From positions 117 to 64,116 of the forward strand of contig JANQMA010000024.1 in assembly GCA_028280285.1 (NCBI GenBank): a stretch of 64,000 bases of DNA, read 5' to 3'. Positions 15,540 through 24,431 of this stretch are shown piece after piece; position 1 is the stretch's first letter; each line of letters opens with the position of its first letter. Made by a program: the position numbers and the translations under genes. This stretch comes from Candidatus Omnitrophota bacterium (GTDB taxonomy: Bacteria; Omnitrophota; Gorgyraeia; Zapsychrales; Zapsychraceae). The notes under the pieces are model-generated. The model saw nothing but the letters and a program-made list of their open reading frames with translations, made no database searches and was not told where the DNA came from.

Positions 15540-17000
15540 ATGCAGACCATTTTAAAAAATTATAAAACCGAAAGCTTTTTTGACGAGATGTTTACCCCCG
15601 ATGGGGACGTGCGCCCGGGCTATCATATCTTCCTCAGCAAGCTGGAGAACATCGGAATCAAAGAGCTACGCCAAAAACATCAAGCAGCCGATAAGGCCTA
15701 CATCTCCATGGGCATCACCTTTAACGTGTATCATGAAGAGGGCACAGGCACCGAACGCACACTCCCCTTTGACATCATTCCCCGCATCATCCCGTTTGAA
15801 GAGTGGCAAATCATCGATCGCGGTTTGATCCAACGCGTGACAGCCATCAATTGTTTTATTCAGGATATTTATAATAAAAAACTGATCCTCAAAGACAAAG
15901 TCATCCCACCGGAAATCATCCAAACATCACCGGGTTACCTGGAGGCTTGCGAAGGCATTCATCCCCCTAAAGGCCGGTGGGCGCATATCAGCGGCATCGA
16001 TATTATCAAACATTCCGACGGACTTTATTATGTATTGGAAGATAATTGCCGCGTGCCGTCGGGGGTATCATACGTGCTGGAAAACCGCGAAATTATGAAA
16101 CGCGCCTTTCCTTTGGTCTTTGAGCAGATGCATGTCCGGCCGATCTATGATTATCCGATTAAGCTCTTGGAAATGCTCGATTATCTATCGGAAATGCAGG
16201 ACCCGAACATTGTTGTGTTGACCCCGGGGATTTACAATTCGGCTTATTTTGAACATTCCTTTCTCGCCCAGCAAATGGGGGCGGAGCTGGTCGAAGGCCG
16301 CGATTTGGTCGTCGAGAATGATTACTGTTATATGCGCACAACCAAAGGATTAGAGCGGGTCGATGTGATTTACCGGCGGATAGACGATGAATTTTTAGAT
16401 CCTAAGGTTTTTCGCAAGGATTCGGTTTTGGGTGTGCCGGGTTTGTTTAATGCGTTTCGTAAAGGCCATGTGGCGATTGCCAATGCGCCGGGCACCGGTG
16501 TGGCCGACGATAAAGTGATTTATGCCTATATGCCGGACATTATTAAGTATTATCTCCAAGAAGATCCGATTTTGCCCAACGTCCCGACCTATTTGTGCTG
16601 GCGCGACAAAGATTTTAATTATGTCATCAACAATATTCATAAAATGGTTGTCAAAACAGCTAACCAATCAGGCGGCTACGGCATGCTGATGGGACCCTCA
16701 TCCACCGAAGAAGAAAGAAAAACATTTATCAAACAAATCAAAGCCAATAAGCGCAATTATATCGCGCAACCGGTTATGTATTTATCGCGGGTGCCCACCT
16801 TAGTGGGTGATCACTTGGAAGGTCGCCACGTTGATTTAAGGCCGTTTGTGTTATACGGCAATTCTCCGACGGTGATGCCGGGTGGCTTAAGCCGGGTCGC
16901 GTTAAAAAAAGGATCACTCGTCGTTAATTCCTCGCAAGGCGGCGGATCGAAAGATACATGGGTCTTGTCCCAACCCGAAAGTGAGTTGCATTATGCTTAG
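15540..17000 (+). CDS. Circularly permuted type 2 ATP-grasp protein
   Basis: GITFNVY...PFDIIPR...VLEDNCRVPSGVSY...YRRIDD...HVDLRPF...VVNSSQGGGSKDTWV; start moved downstream of the leader terminator. Confidence 0.92.
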   Translation: MQTILKNYKTESFFDEMFTPDGDVRPGYHIFLSKLENIGIKELRQKHQAADKAYISMGITFNVYHEEGTGTERTLPFDIIPRIIPFEEWQIIDRGLIQRVTAINCFIQDIYNKKLILKDKVIPPEIIQTSPGYLEACEGIHPPKGRWAHISGIDIIKHSDGLYYVLEDNCRVPSGVSYVLENREIMKRAFPLVFEQMHVRPIYDYPIKLLEMLDYLSEMQDPNIVVLTPGIYNSAYFEHSFLAQQMGAELVEGRDLVVENDYCYMRTTKGLERVDVIYRRIDDEFLDPKVFRKDSVLGVPGLFNAFRKGHVAIANAPGTGVADDKVIYAYMPDIIKYYLQEDPILPNVPTYLCWRDKDFNYVINNIHKMVVKTANQSGGYGMLMGPSSTEEERKTFIKQIKANKRNYIAQPVMYLSRVPTLVGDHLEGRHVDLRPFVLYGNSPTVMPGGLSRVALKKGSLVVNSSQGGGSKDTWVLSQPESELHYA

Positions 17001-17955
17001 CCGCGTTGCCGAATCTATTTATTGGATGAGCCGCTACATAGAACGGGCCGAAAATTATGCACGGTTTATCGATGTCAATCTGTCGCTTATTATGGACTTG
17101 CCTAAAAACATGTCCGAGCAATGGCAGCCGCTCGTGCGCGTTACAGGGGACGATGTGCTGTATGAAACCATTTACGGCAATTTTTCCCGTGATAATGTGA
17201 TTGAATTTTTAACATTCAATAAAAATAATCCCAACTCCATTCTCAGTTGTTTAATCCAGGCCCGTGAAAGCGCGCGGACCATCCGCGAGATCATTTCAAG
17301 CGAGATGTGGCAGCAAATCAATGAACTGTATTTGGCGGTGAAAGACGCCACGCTCACCGAAAACAGCGACCTGTCGGTTTTTTACGCGCAAATCAAAAGC
17401 GGAACGCATTTATTTAACGGCATTATGGACTCGACGCTCATTCACAATGAAGCGTATCATTTTGCCAATTTGGGCCGCTTGCTGGAAAGGGCCGATAAAA
17501 CAGACAGGATTTTGGACATGAAGTATTTTTATTTGCTGCCGCGCATCGAGGATGTCGGAACGACACTCGATTATCTGCAATGGTCGGCGCTGCTTAAGTC
17601 AACTTCGTCCTACGAGGTGTACCGGAAAAAATACGGCAAGATGGATTATCGTCATATCATTGAGTTTCTTATTTTTGACCGCGAGTTTCCGCGCGCCATT
17701 TACTTTTGCCTGCTTGAGTCGGATAAATCACTCCACGCGATCACCAATACGCAACTGGCCACATTTAACAATTATGCCGAAAAGGAAATGGGCAAGATTA
17801 TCTCACAACTCAGTTTTAATGATGTGCAGGACGTGATCAATTATGGGCTTCATGAATACTTGGACGATTTTCAAGTGAAGCTTAATATTTTAAACGAAGA
17901 AATATTTAATACGTTTTTTTCTCAATCGAATCTTTTAAATGGAGTCCGTTTATGA
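16993..17955 (+). CDS. Alpha-E domain protein
   Basis: MLSRVAESIYWMSRYIERAEN.AR...LGRLLERADKT.RILD. Confidence 0.92.
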   Translation: MLSRVAESIYWMSRYIERAENYARFIDVNLSLIMDLPKNMSEQWQPLVRVTGDDVLYETIYGNFSRDNVIEFLTFNKNNPNSILSCLIQARESARTIREIISSEMWQQINELYLAVKDATLTENSDLSVFYAQIKSGTHLFNGIMDSTLIHNEAYHFANLGRLLERADKTDRILDMKYFYLLPRIEDVGTTLDYLQWSALLKSTSSYEVYRKKYGKMDYRHIIEFLIFDREFPRAIYFCLLESDKSLHAITNTQLATFNNYAEKEMGKIISQLSFNDVQDVINYGLHEYLDDFQVKLNILNEEIFNTFFSQSNLLNGVRL

Positions 17956-18695
17956 CCTATTGTTTGGGCATTAAAGTGAAGGAGGGCATTGTTGGATTGG
18001 CCGATACGCGCATTTCCTCGGGCAATCAAACGCTGACCGCCAAAAAAGTGATTATTGAACAGCAGACGTCCCAGCATAGTGTGTTTCTGATGACCTCGGG
18101 CCTGCGCGCGTTGCGTGACAAGGCCATGACCTATTTTAATGAAATTATCGAGGAGAGCGGGTTTGAATATAAAAAAATGTATAAGCTCGTCAATGCCTTT
18201 GGCGCGCAAATCCGCCGGGTCAGCCAAGAAGACCGCAAAGCCTTGCAGGAATCCAATTATGATTTTAATATTCACGCGCTGATCGCCGGACAATTGCAGG
18301 ACGACAGCGAGCATAAACTGTTTATGATTTTTCCGGAAGGAAACTGGGTCGAGGTAGGTAAGGCTAATCCTTATTTTATTATCGGCAACACAAGCCACGG
18401 CAAGCCTATTTTAGACAGGGTTCTGCGTTATGAATCGGATTTGAATTTTGCCCTCAAGGTGAGTTTTCTTTCGTTTAATGCAACACAGGTCAGCTCCAAT
18501 GATGTGGACTATCCGATTGATATTATTTTGTATCGGAAGGATAGTTTTTCCATGGTCGAGCAGAGATTAACCCAAGAGCAGATGATGAAATACTCCGGCT
18601 GGTGGCAATCGAAAATTGCCAAAGCCATCGACGAGTTCCCGGAAGATTGGGCCAAAGAACTGATTCAAACCTATCAACAAGTGCAGCAACAGTGA
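17952..18695 (+). CDS. Proteasome-type NTN protease (Anbu)
   Basis: N-terminal M-T-Y-C...DTR, GGQ-like AGQ, FPEGNW, GKPILDR. Confidence 0.85.
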   Translation: MTYCLGIKVKEGIVGLADTRISSGNQTLTAKKVIIEQQTSQHSVFLMTSGLRALRDKAMTYFNEIIEESGFEYKKMYKLVNAFGAQIRRVSQEDRKALQESNYDFNIHALIAGQLQDDSEHKLFMIFPEGNWVEVGKANPYFIIGNTSHGKPILDRVLRYESDLNFALKVSFLSFNATQVSSNDVDYPIDIILYRKDSFSMVEQRLTQEQMMKYSGWWQSKIAKAIDEFPEDWAKELIQTYQQVQQQ

Positions 18696-18697
18696 CG

Positions 18698-19564
18698 ATG
18701 CAAGTTAAAATCAAACACAACACGCATTATAATTACATGGACACGATTTTTTTAGAGCCGCATACACTGCGGTTATTTTTGCGTCCCGATAATCATATCA
18801 AAGTCATCCGGCATAAGGTGACGGTCGCGCCACGTCCTGAGGGCCGCGCTAACATTGAGCTCCCCGAGGGGGCGCATGCGCTCTTTGTGTGGTTTCAAGG
18901 CATGACCAAAGAGTTGGATATTATCATGGACGCCGTGGTCGAAACGACGCCGTTTAATCCGTTTGATTTTTTAATTTATCCGGCGAGTTGTTTGCGTCTG
19001 CCGCTGGTCTATCCCAATGACTGGAAAAATATTGTCGAGCCGTACAGGGCAGAACAACAACCCGGTTATGAAATCAAAAAATTCGCGACCGATATTGCCC
19101 AGCAAAGCAATTTTGAGACGACGACTTTTTTGGTCAATTTGTGCACCGCGATTTATGAAACATTTACCTATGAAAAGCGCGAGCACGGCAAGCCGCATAA
19201 CCCCGAGGAGACATTAAAATTAAAACGAGGGTCCTGCCGGGATTTTGCGGTGCTGGCTATGGCGGCCTGCCGGGCCATGGGCATTGCGTCGCGCTATGTG
19301 AGCGGATATTATATCAGTGAGTCGAGTGATGAGCCCAGTGATCTGCATGCCTGGCTTGAGGTGTATTTGCCGGGGGCCGGCTGGCGGGGCTTTGACCCGT
19401 CGCATGGGATTGCCTGCGGCCATCTGCATTTGGCCTTGTGTGCGTCGCGCGATCCGCTGATGACCCTGCCCGTTACCGGGGCCTACCGCGGATTTGCCTC
19501 CAGCTTTATGACCACAAAACTCTCCATTGATCTCACCCAGCCTGAAATTGTATCGAAAAATTAG
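18698..19564 (+). CDS. Transglutaminase family protein
   Basis: IKHNTHYNY N-terminal domain; GSCRDFA...SRYVSGY...HAWLEVYLPGAGWRGFDP. Confidence 0.92.
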   Translation: MQVKIKHNTHYNYMDTIFLEPHTLRLFLRPDNHIKVIRHKVTVAPRPEGRANIELPEGAHALFVWFQGMTKELDIIMDAVVETTPFNPFDFLIYPASCLRLPLVYPNDWKNIVEPYRAEQQPGYEIKKFATDIAQQSNFETTTFLVNLCTAIYETFTYEKREHGKPHNPEETLKLKRGSCRDFAVLAMAACRAMGIASRYVSGYYISESSDEPSDLHAWLEVYLPGAGWRGFDPSHGIACGHLHLALCASRDPLMTLPVTGAYRGFASSFMTTKLSIDLTQPEIVSKN

Positions 19565-19635
19565 TGTCAGAACTGCTGAACATTATATTTTACAAGTAGT
19601 TATGAGATAATTCTTACATAAATCTGTTCTGACAC
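19564..19635. repeat. REPIN/MITE-like element, family B
   Basis: GTGTCAGAAC (19564-19573)...GTTCTGACAC (19626-19635), the same ends as flank the RAYT. Confidence 0.75.
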
Positions 19636-19727
19636 CATTTATTACAAGGCTGTTTTGATTATTACTATATTATGTGCTAGTGTATATGTTCCCCGGTTGA
19701 AAACACTAAAAGAAATGCAGATATAAC

Positions 19728-20336
19728 ATGACAACAGAAACTAATTCGCTCGCTGCGCGAATCAAACAATCAACACAACCATTGCATGATAAGATCGAAC
19801 AAAATATGTTTGTCAAAGATTTGTTCTCTTCTGAACCCACTAAGGAAAGCTACAAAAATTGGCTCTTGAAGTTTTACGGGTTTTACATACCTGTAGAAGC
19901 ACAATTTAACCATTTTGCCGAACTCGCTGCTGAGCCTGTCAATTTTCCGGAGCGGGTAAAACTGCCTTTATTGGAGAACGACTTAAATTATTTGGGCGTT
20001 GATCAAGATGCGCTTACCCAAGCGCCGCGGTGTGAGGCATATCCTGAATTAAATAATATTTATGAGGCTCTGGGCTGTTTATATGTACTTGAAGGATCAA
20101 CCATGGGTGGACAAATCATGTCCCGGAAGGTCAAAACCGTTTTTGATTTTGAAGAAGACAAAGGCAATCTTTTCTTTAAAGCGTATGGGAAAGATTCCAA
20201 ACGGATGTGGGAGATTTTTAAAAATTTTCTCAATGAGTATCCGATGAATGATGTACAACAGCAACAAACCCTTGACAGCGCCACGCACACGTTCAAAAGC
20301 TTAATGGAGTGGTTTAAGTTAAGCAGCAAAAATTAG
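19728..20336 (+). CDS. Biliverdin-producing heme oxygenase (BphO-like)
   Basis: IKQST..LHDKIE...ALGCLYVLEGSTMGGQ...FF..YG..W. Confidence 0.85.
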   Translation: MTTETNSLAARIKQSTQPLHDKIEQNMFVKDLFSSEPTKESYKNWLLKFYGFYIPVEAQFNHFAELAAEPVNFPERVKLPLLENDLNYLGVDQDALTQAPRCEAYPELNNIYEALGCLYVLEGSTMGGQIMSRKVKTVFDFEEDKGNLFFKAYGKDSKRMWEIFKNFLNEYPMNDVQQQQTLDSATHTFKSLMEWFKLSSKN

Positions 20337-20373
20337 TCTCAGAACCGTTGAACATTTCTATTCCGGAATTACT

Positions 20374-21189
20374 ATGCGAAAGATCACTCTTTTAAGTATT
20401 ATTCTCTTAATCGGTTTTGTTATCAGTTGTTCCTTAGATAAAAAACCTTTGCGTGTTACTTTTCTTAATGTCGGCTATGGTGACAGCACGCTGATTGAAT
20501 TTCCGGGTGGCACCGTGGCCCTCATCGATGCCGGTATACCTGAGGCCGCCCCGATGATCCGGCAATACTTGCGTGATCGCGGGATTGAAAAGATCGATTG
20601 GGCGATTGCCACACATCCGCACACCAATCACTTCGGTGGATTTTTAGGATTTAACGATGCGGTACCGATTGAAAAGGTGGCGATTAATCCCGATAAACGC
20701 GCTGATGAAGGCTACGTAGAGTGGCTCGATTCTTTAAAAGAAAAAGGCATTCCCGTCCGTGAACTAAAAACCGGAGACACGATTGATGTGGAGGATGATG
20801 ATATCACAATCGATGTGCTGCATCCCGATCATTTAAAGTATAGTGTCAACGGGGCATCACTTGTTGTGCAGCTTAAATATCGCTGGTTTGATATGGTGCT
20901 CTTTTCCGATGTGCTCTTAAAAGAACAGGACATGTTGATTGAAAAATATCCAGAGATCAAAAACGCCGATGTCATCACCATTCCTCATCACGGGCGCGAT
21001 ATCAGCGATCTTTTTATTAAAACATTCCGCAATAAAAAATTTGTTGCTTCAACCGGTTTTTATGAGCCCTTGCCGCTGGATGAGGAAAGATTGTCACAAC
21101 TCGATGGGGAAGTCTACCGGACCGACCACGGTCATATTGTTGTTGAAACTAACGGATGGATGACAGACATAGGTTATGAACAACAATAA
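20374..21189 (+). CDS. ComEC/Rec2-type metallo-beta-lactamase fold lipoprotein
   Basis: FLNVGYGDS...LIDAG...THPHTNHFGG...IPHHG...YRTD; lipobox-like ISC. Confidence 0.8.
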   Translation: MRKITLLSIILLIGFVISCSLDKKPLRVTFLNVGYGDSTLIEFPGGTVALIDAGIPEAAPMIRQYLRDRGIEKIDWAIATHPHTNHFGGFLGFNDAVPIEKVAINPDKRADEGYVEWLDSLKEKGIPVRELKTGDTIDVEDDDITIDVLHPDHLKYSVNGASLVVQLKYRWFDMVLFSDVLLKEQDMLIEKYPEIKNADVITIPHHGRDISDLFIKTFRNKKFVASTGFYEPLPLDEERLSQLDGEVYRTDHGHIVVETNGWMTDIGYEQQ

Positions 21190-21712
21190 GCGCTTACTTT
21201 ATTGGGGTTTGACTCTTGGCTGGACGCTTGCCATTTATTCAACATTGTCCATCATGCGGACCATTAGCAGTTATCTCGAAGAGCGTCTGCCGTTTGAGAC
21301 GGTCTTAACGATCATTGTTTGTTTAATACTCGGCGCCACGGTGATATTTTTTTTACAACACGCCGGCAGGCTTTCGGTTTTCCGTTATGTGCTTCTTTTT
21401 GCGGTTACCGTCGGATATGTGTACGGGATATTTACGGTTAAATACCCGATTGAGAAAATCCACTTTGTGCAATACGGTGTGCTTGCCTATTTTGCCTTCC
21501 GCGCATTTGCCTGTGATCTTAAAGGCGTGCTTCCCTATATAGGCGCTTTTATTCTCACTGCTTTGATCGGTTATGGCGATGAACTTATTCAAGGGGTATT
21601 GCCGGACCGGTATTATGATGACAATGATGTGATTCTAAATGCGGTGAGCGCTGCCATGGCACTTGGTTTGGTATATATATTTAAACAAAATGATGCCGAA
21701 AATGCGTTATAA
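21176..21712 (+). CDS. VanZ family membrane protein
   Basis: EKIHFVQYGVL...DELIQ..LPDRY.D..DV.LN. Confidence 0.8.
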   Translation: MNNNKRLLYWGLTLGWTLAIYSTLSIMRTISSYLEERLPFETVLTIIVCLILGATVIFFLQHAGRLSVFRYVLLFAVTVGYVYGIFTVKYPIEKIHFVQYGVLAYFAFRAFACDLKGVLPYIGAFILTALIGYGDELIQGVLPDRYYDDNDVILNAVSAAMALGLVYIFKQNDAENAL

Positions 21713-21759
21713 TAATAGTAGGCAAAAAAATATTATCTTATCAATGAAAGAAGTAAATC

Positions 21760-22761
21760 ATGAAAACAGCTGTCTTTAATACAAAACCTTATGATAGGAA
21801 ATTTCTTGAAGAGGCCAACAAAAGTTTCGGACATGAACTGGTATTCTTCGAGCCGCATTTAACGCCTGAGACATGCAAGCTTGCGTTCGGGTTTGAGGCA
21901 ATATGTGTGTTTGTCAACGATCGTCTGGATAAAAATATTTTAACTTTACTTGCCGAGCATGGCACGCGATTGATTGCCCTGCGTTGCGCAGGATTTAATA
22001 ATATCGATATTAAAGCGGCCGGTGAGTTGGGTCTTACTATTGCCCGGGTGCCGGCCTATTCACCGCATGGGGTGGCCGAACATGCCGTGGCGCTTATCCT
22101 TGCGCTTAACCGCAAGATTTACCGGGCCCATCATCGTGTGCGCGAAGGAAATTTTTCGATCGACGGGCTGTTAGGTTTTGAACTCTACGGCAAAAATGTC
22201 GGTGTTATCGGAACCGGTAAGATTGGTACTAATTTGGCGCGCATTATGCAGGGATTCGGATGCAATATTCTGGCCTATGATCCTGTCGAAAATCCCGATT
22301 GTCAAAAGATAGGAGTTAAATATTCTTCCTTAGATGAGCTGTTCGCGCAATCCGATATTATCTCGTTGCATTTGCCGCTTGTAAAAGATACTTATCACAT
22401 TATTGATGCATCGGCATTAGCCAAAATGAAACCGGGTGTGATGTTGATCAACACCAGCCGCGGCGGGTTGATTAATACTGCGGCTGTTGTTGAGGGACTC
22501 AAATCGGGCAAGGTCGGTTATTTAGGGCTGGACGTCTATGAAGAAGAGGAGGAAATCTTCTTTGAGGATCTTTCCGGAGATATTTTGCAAGATGATACCT
22601 TTGCGCGGCTATTAACATTTCCTAATGTTGTGATCACCGGGCACCAGGCGTTTTTCACGCACACGGCACTTAAGAATATCGCTGAGACAACACTGCAAAA
22701 CATCGCTGACTTTGAGCAGGGTGAGCTGTCTTTAGTTAATACAGTCACAGTCAATAAATAG
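21760..22761 (+). CDS. ldhA: D-lactate dehydrogenase (D-2-hydroxyacid dehydrogenase)
   Basis: [48 protein letters not shown]. Confidence 0.9.
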   Translation: MKTAVFNTKPYDRKFLEEANKSFGHELVFFEPHLTPETCKLAFGFEAICVFVNDRLDKNILTLLAEHGTRLIALRCAGFNNIDIKAAGELGLTIARVPAYSPHGVAEHAVALILALNRKIYRAHHRVREGNFSIDGLLGFELYGKNVGVIGTGKIGTNLARIMQGFGCNILAYDPVENPDCQKIGVKYSSLDELFAQSDIISLHLPLVKDTYHIIDASALAKMKPGVMLINTSRGGLINTAAVVEGLKSGKVGYLGLDVYEEEEEIFFEDLSGDILQDDTFARLLTFPNVVITGHQAFFTHTALKNIAETTLQNIADFEQGELSLVNTVTVNK

Positions 22762-22769
22762 TGTCCATA

Positions 22770-22888
22770 AATAAATTGGTGTCAGAACTCGCTAAGTATT
22801 TGTACCATCATATGTTATGTGTTAATTATTAATTTTTATGCAACTTTAAACCTAACAACACGTTAGCGAGTTCTGACACCAATTTATT
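22770..22888. repeat. REPIN/MITE-like element, family B, perfect 26-bp terminal inverted repeats
   Basis: AATAAATTGGTGTCAGAACTCGCTAA (22770-22795) / TTAGCGAGTTCTGACACCAATTTATT (22863-22888). Confidence 0.85.
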
Positions 22889-22896
22889 CCAATTTA

Positions 22897-23793
22897 TTAT
22901 TTGTCGAAGCTAAACTGTTTGAGAACTGTTTCAACGATGGGATTCACTTGTTTTCTTTGCTTGGTGATGATGTAGACCTTTTCATAAATCGTATGTTTGA
23001 AATTTTTGCCGAGGATTTCGAGCTTTTGTTTGGCCGGCGCCTCCTTAACCGTTAAAGCATTAATCGCGGCAATACCGTATCCGCGCAGCGCAAGTCGTCT
23101 TACCGTTTCGATATCTTGTATTTCCCCGAGAATCTTTGGTTCAATATGATGCTCATACAGAAATTCTTTGAGCGTATAAGCAATTTGCCGTGGGGCGGCC
23201 GGTAGGATCAATGGATGATTATCTAAGTCTTTAGGAAATCTTTTGATTTTCCGGGCCAATTTAGGATGCGCACAAAATACAATAGGAATCTTCCCGACAA
23301 ATTTATGCTGGATGTCGCCTCCCAGTGAGGCCTCAAACGGAGTATCTGTTAGAACGATATCAAGAAGATGGTCCTCCAGATCTTGAATGAGTTTTTCCAT
23401 TTTGTCTTTTTGTAGATGAATATATGTTTGCAGATTGTTTTTGAGAATAAAGTCCAGAAATAAGTCTATCATGGTTTTAGGAACATAATTGCTTACCCCG
23501 ATACGTATGTGAGGCCTTCCTTTATAAGATAGGTCCACCATGCGGTCCTTAAGCTCTTGGCCGATATCAAAGATCATTTTGGCGTAAGAGAGGACCTTGT
23601 GGCCTTCTTCGGTTAGGATCAGTTTCCTGTTTTCGCGTGTAAAGAGCTTTACATCCAAAAAATCTTCAAACTGCTTGAGCTGCGCGCTTAAAGTCGGCTG
23701 GGCCAGCCTGAGCTCTTCGGTGGCCCGGGCAATTGAGCCTTCCTGGGCAATCACGTAGAAATAATAGAGATGATGGTAGTTAAAAGGAATCAT
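22897..23793 (-). CDS. LysR-family regulator (NhaR-like)
   Basis: NYHHLYYFYVIAQEGSI..A...L.LAQPTLSAQLK; divergent from the DUF4914 operon. Confidence 0.9.
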   Translation of the reverse strand: MIPFNYHHLYYFYVIAQEGSIARATEELRLAQPTLSAQLKQFEDFLDVKLFTRENRKLILTEEGHKVLSYAKMIFDIGQELKDRMVDLSYKGRPHIRIGVSNYVPKTMIDLFLDFILKNNLQTYIHLQKDKMEKLIQDLEDHLLDIVLTDTPFEASLGGDIQHKFVGKIPIVFCAHPKLARKIKRFPKDLDNHPLILPAAPRQIAYTLKEFLYEHHIEPKILGEIQDIETVRRLALRGYGIAAINALTVKEAPAKQKLEILGKNFKHTIYEKVYIITKQRKQVNPIVETVLKQFSFDK

Positions 23794-23879
23794 AGATTAA
23801 ATAAATGTATTATATAATTTTTATCTATTTTACAAATGACTAAGATAAGTCTATACTCTCACTGGTTGTAAGTCAAGGG

Positions 23880-24413
23880 ATGAAAAACAAACGGGGGTAT
23901 AACATGCTTAAAGCCATGAAAGAACAGTTGAAATTCTTATCAGAAGACGACGCTCAAAACTTCCATGTTCATTTAAGAGGAAGGGTTGGGAAAAAGGCAA
24001 CAGCGATACTCGAGGAAAAGCTTAAAGAAATCATTGTTCTGATGCCGGACTTGGTCAGCCGTATTTATACGCACTGGAATAAAAGTGAAAATCAATCGGA
24101 GGTTAAAAAAATGGGTGGTTATCTTTTAACCTACCTTTATACACCCGAGGATTTTTTATCGACCAAAGAGTGGGGGTTGTTCGGTTATCTGGATGATGCG
24201 TATTTTGTGGCCAAGATGTATACACAAGTGATCGATGAGGTCAAAGAGGCAAACGGCAAAATCGCCGGGATTGATATTAAATATTATGACCAGGCCAAAT
24301 ATCTCAAAAAATATGTTCGCGGTGTTATCCCGAAAGAAACCAAAAAGATCGATGCTATGATCTTTGAGCTTAAAACAGGAAATAAGAAAATATACGAAGA
24401 ACTTTTTAGATAG
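23880..24413 (+). CDS. YkvA/DUF1232-like protein
   Basis: YLYTPEDFL...GLFGYLDDAY motif. Confidence 0.6.
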   Translation: MKNKRGYNMLKAMKEQLKFLSEDDAQNFHVHLRGRVGKKATAILEEKLKEIIVLMPDLVSRIYTHWNKSENQSEVKKMGGYLLTYLYTPEDFLSTKEWGLFGYLDDAYFVAKMYTQVIDEVKEANGKIAGIDIKYYDQAKYLKKYVRGVIPKETKKIDAMIFELKTGNKKIYEELFR

Positions 24414-24431
24414 AAAGAGAAGGGACAAATC

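Noticed and set aside
174-22888. Classical integron (attC sites, IntI)
   Set aside because: No tyrosine integrase in the window and the repeats lack RYYYAAC...GTTRRRY attC ends; they match the RAYT flanks instead.
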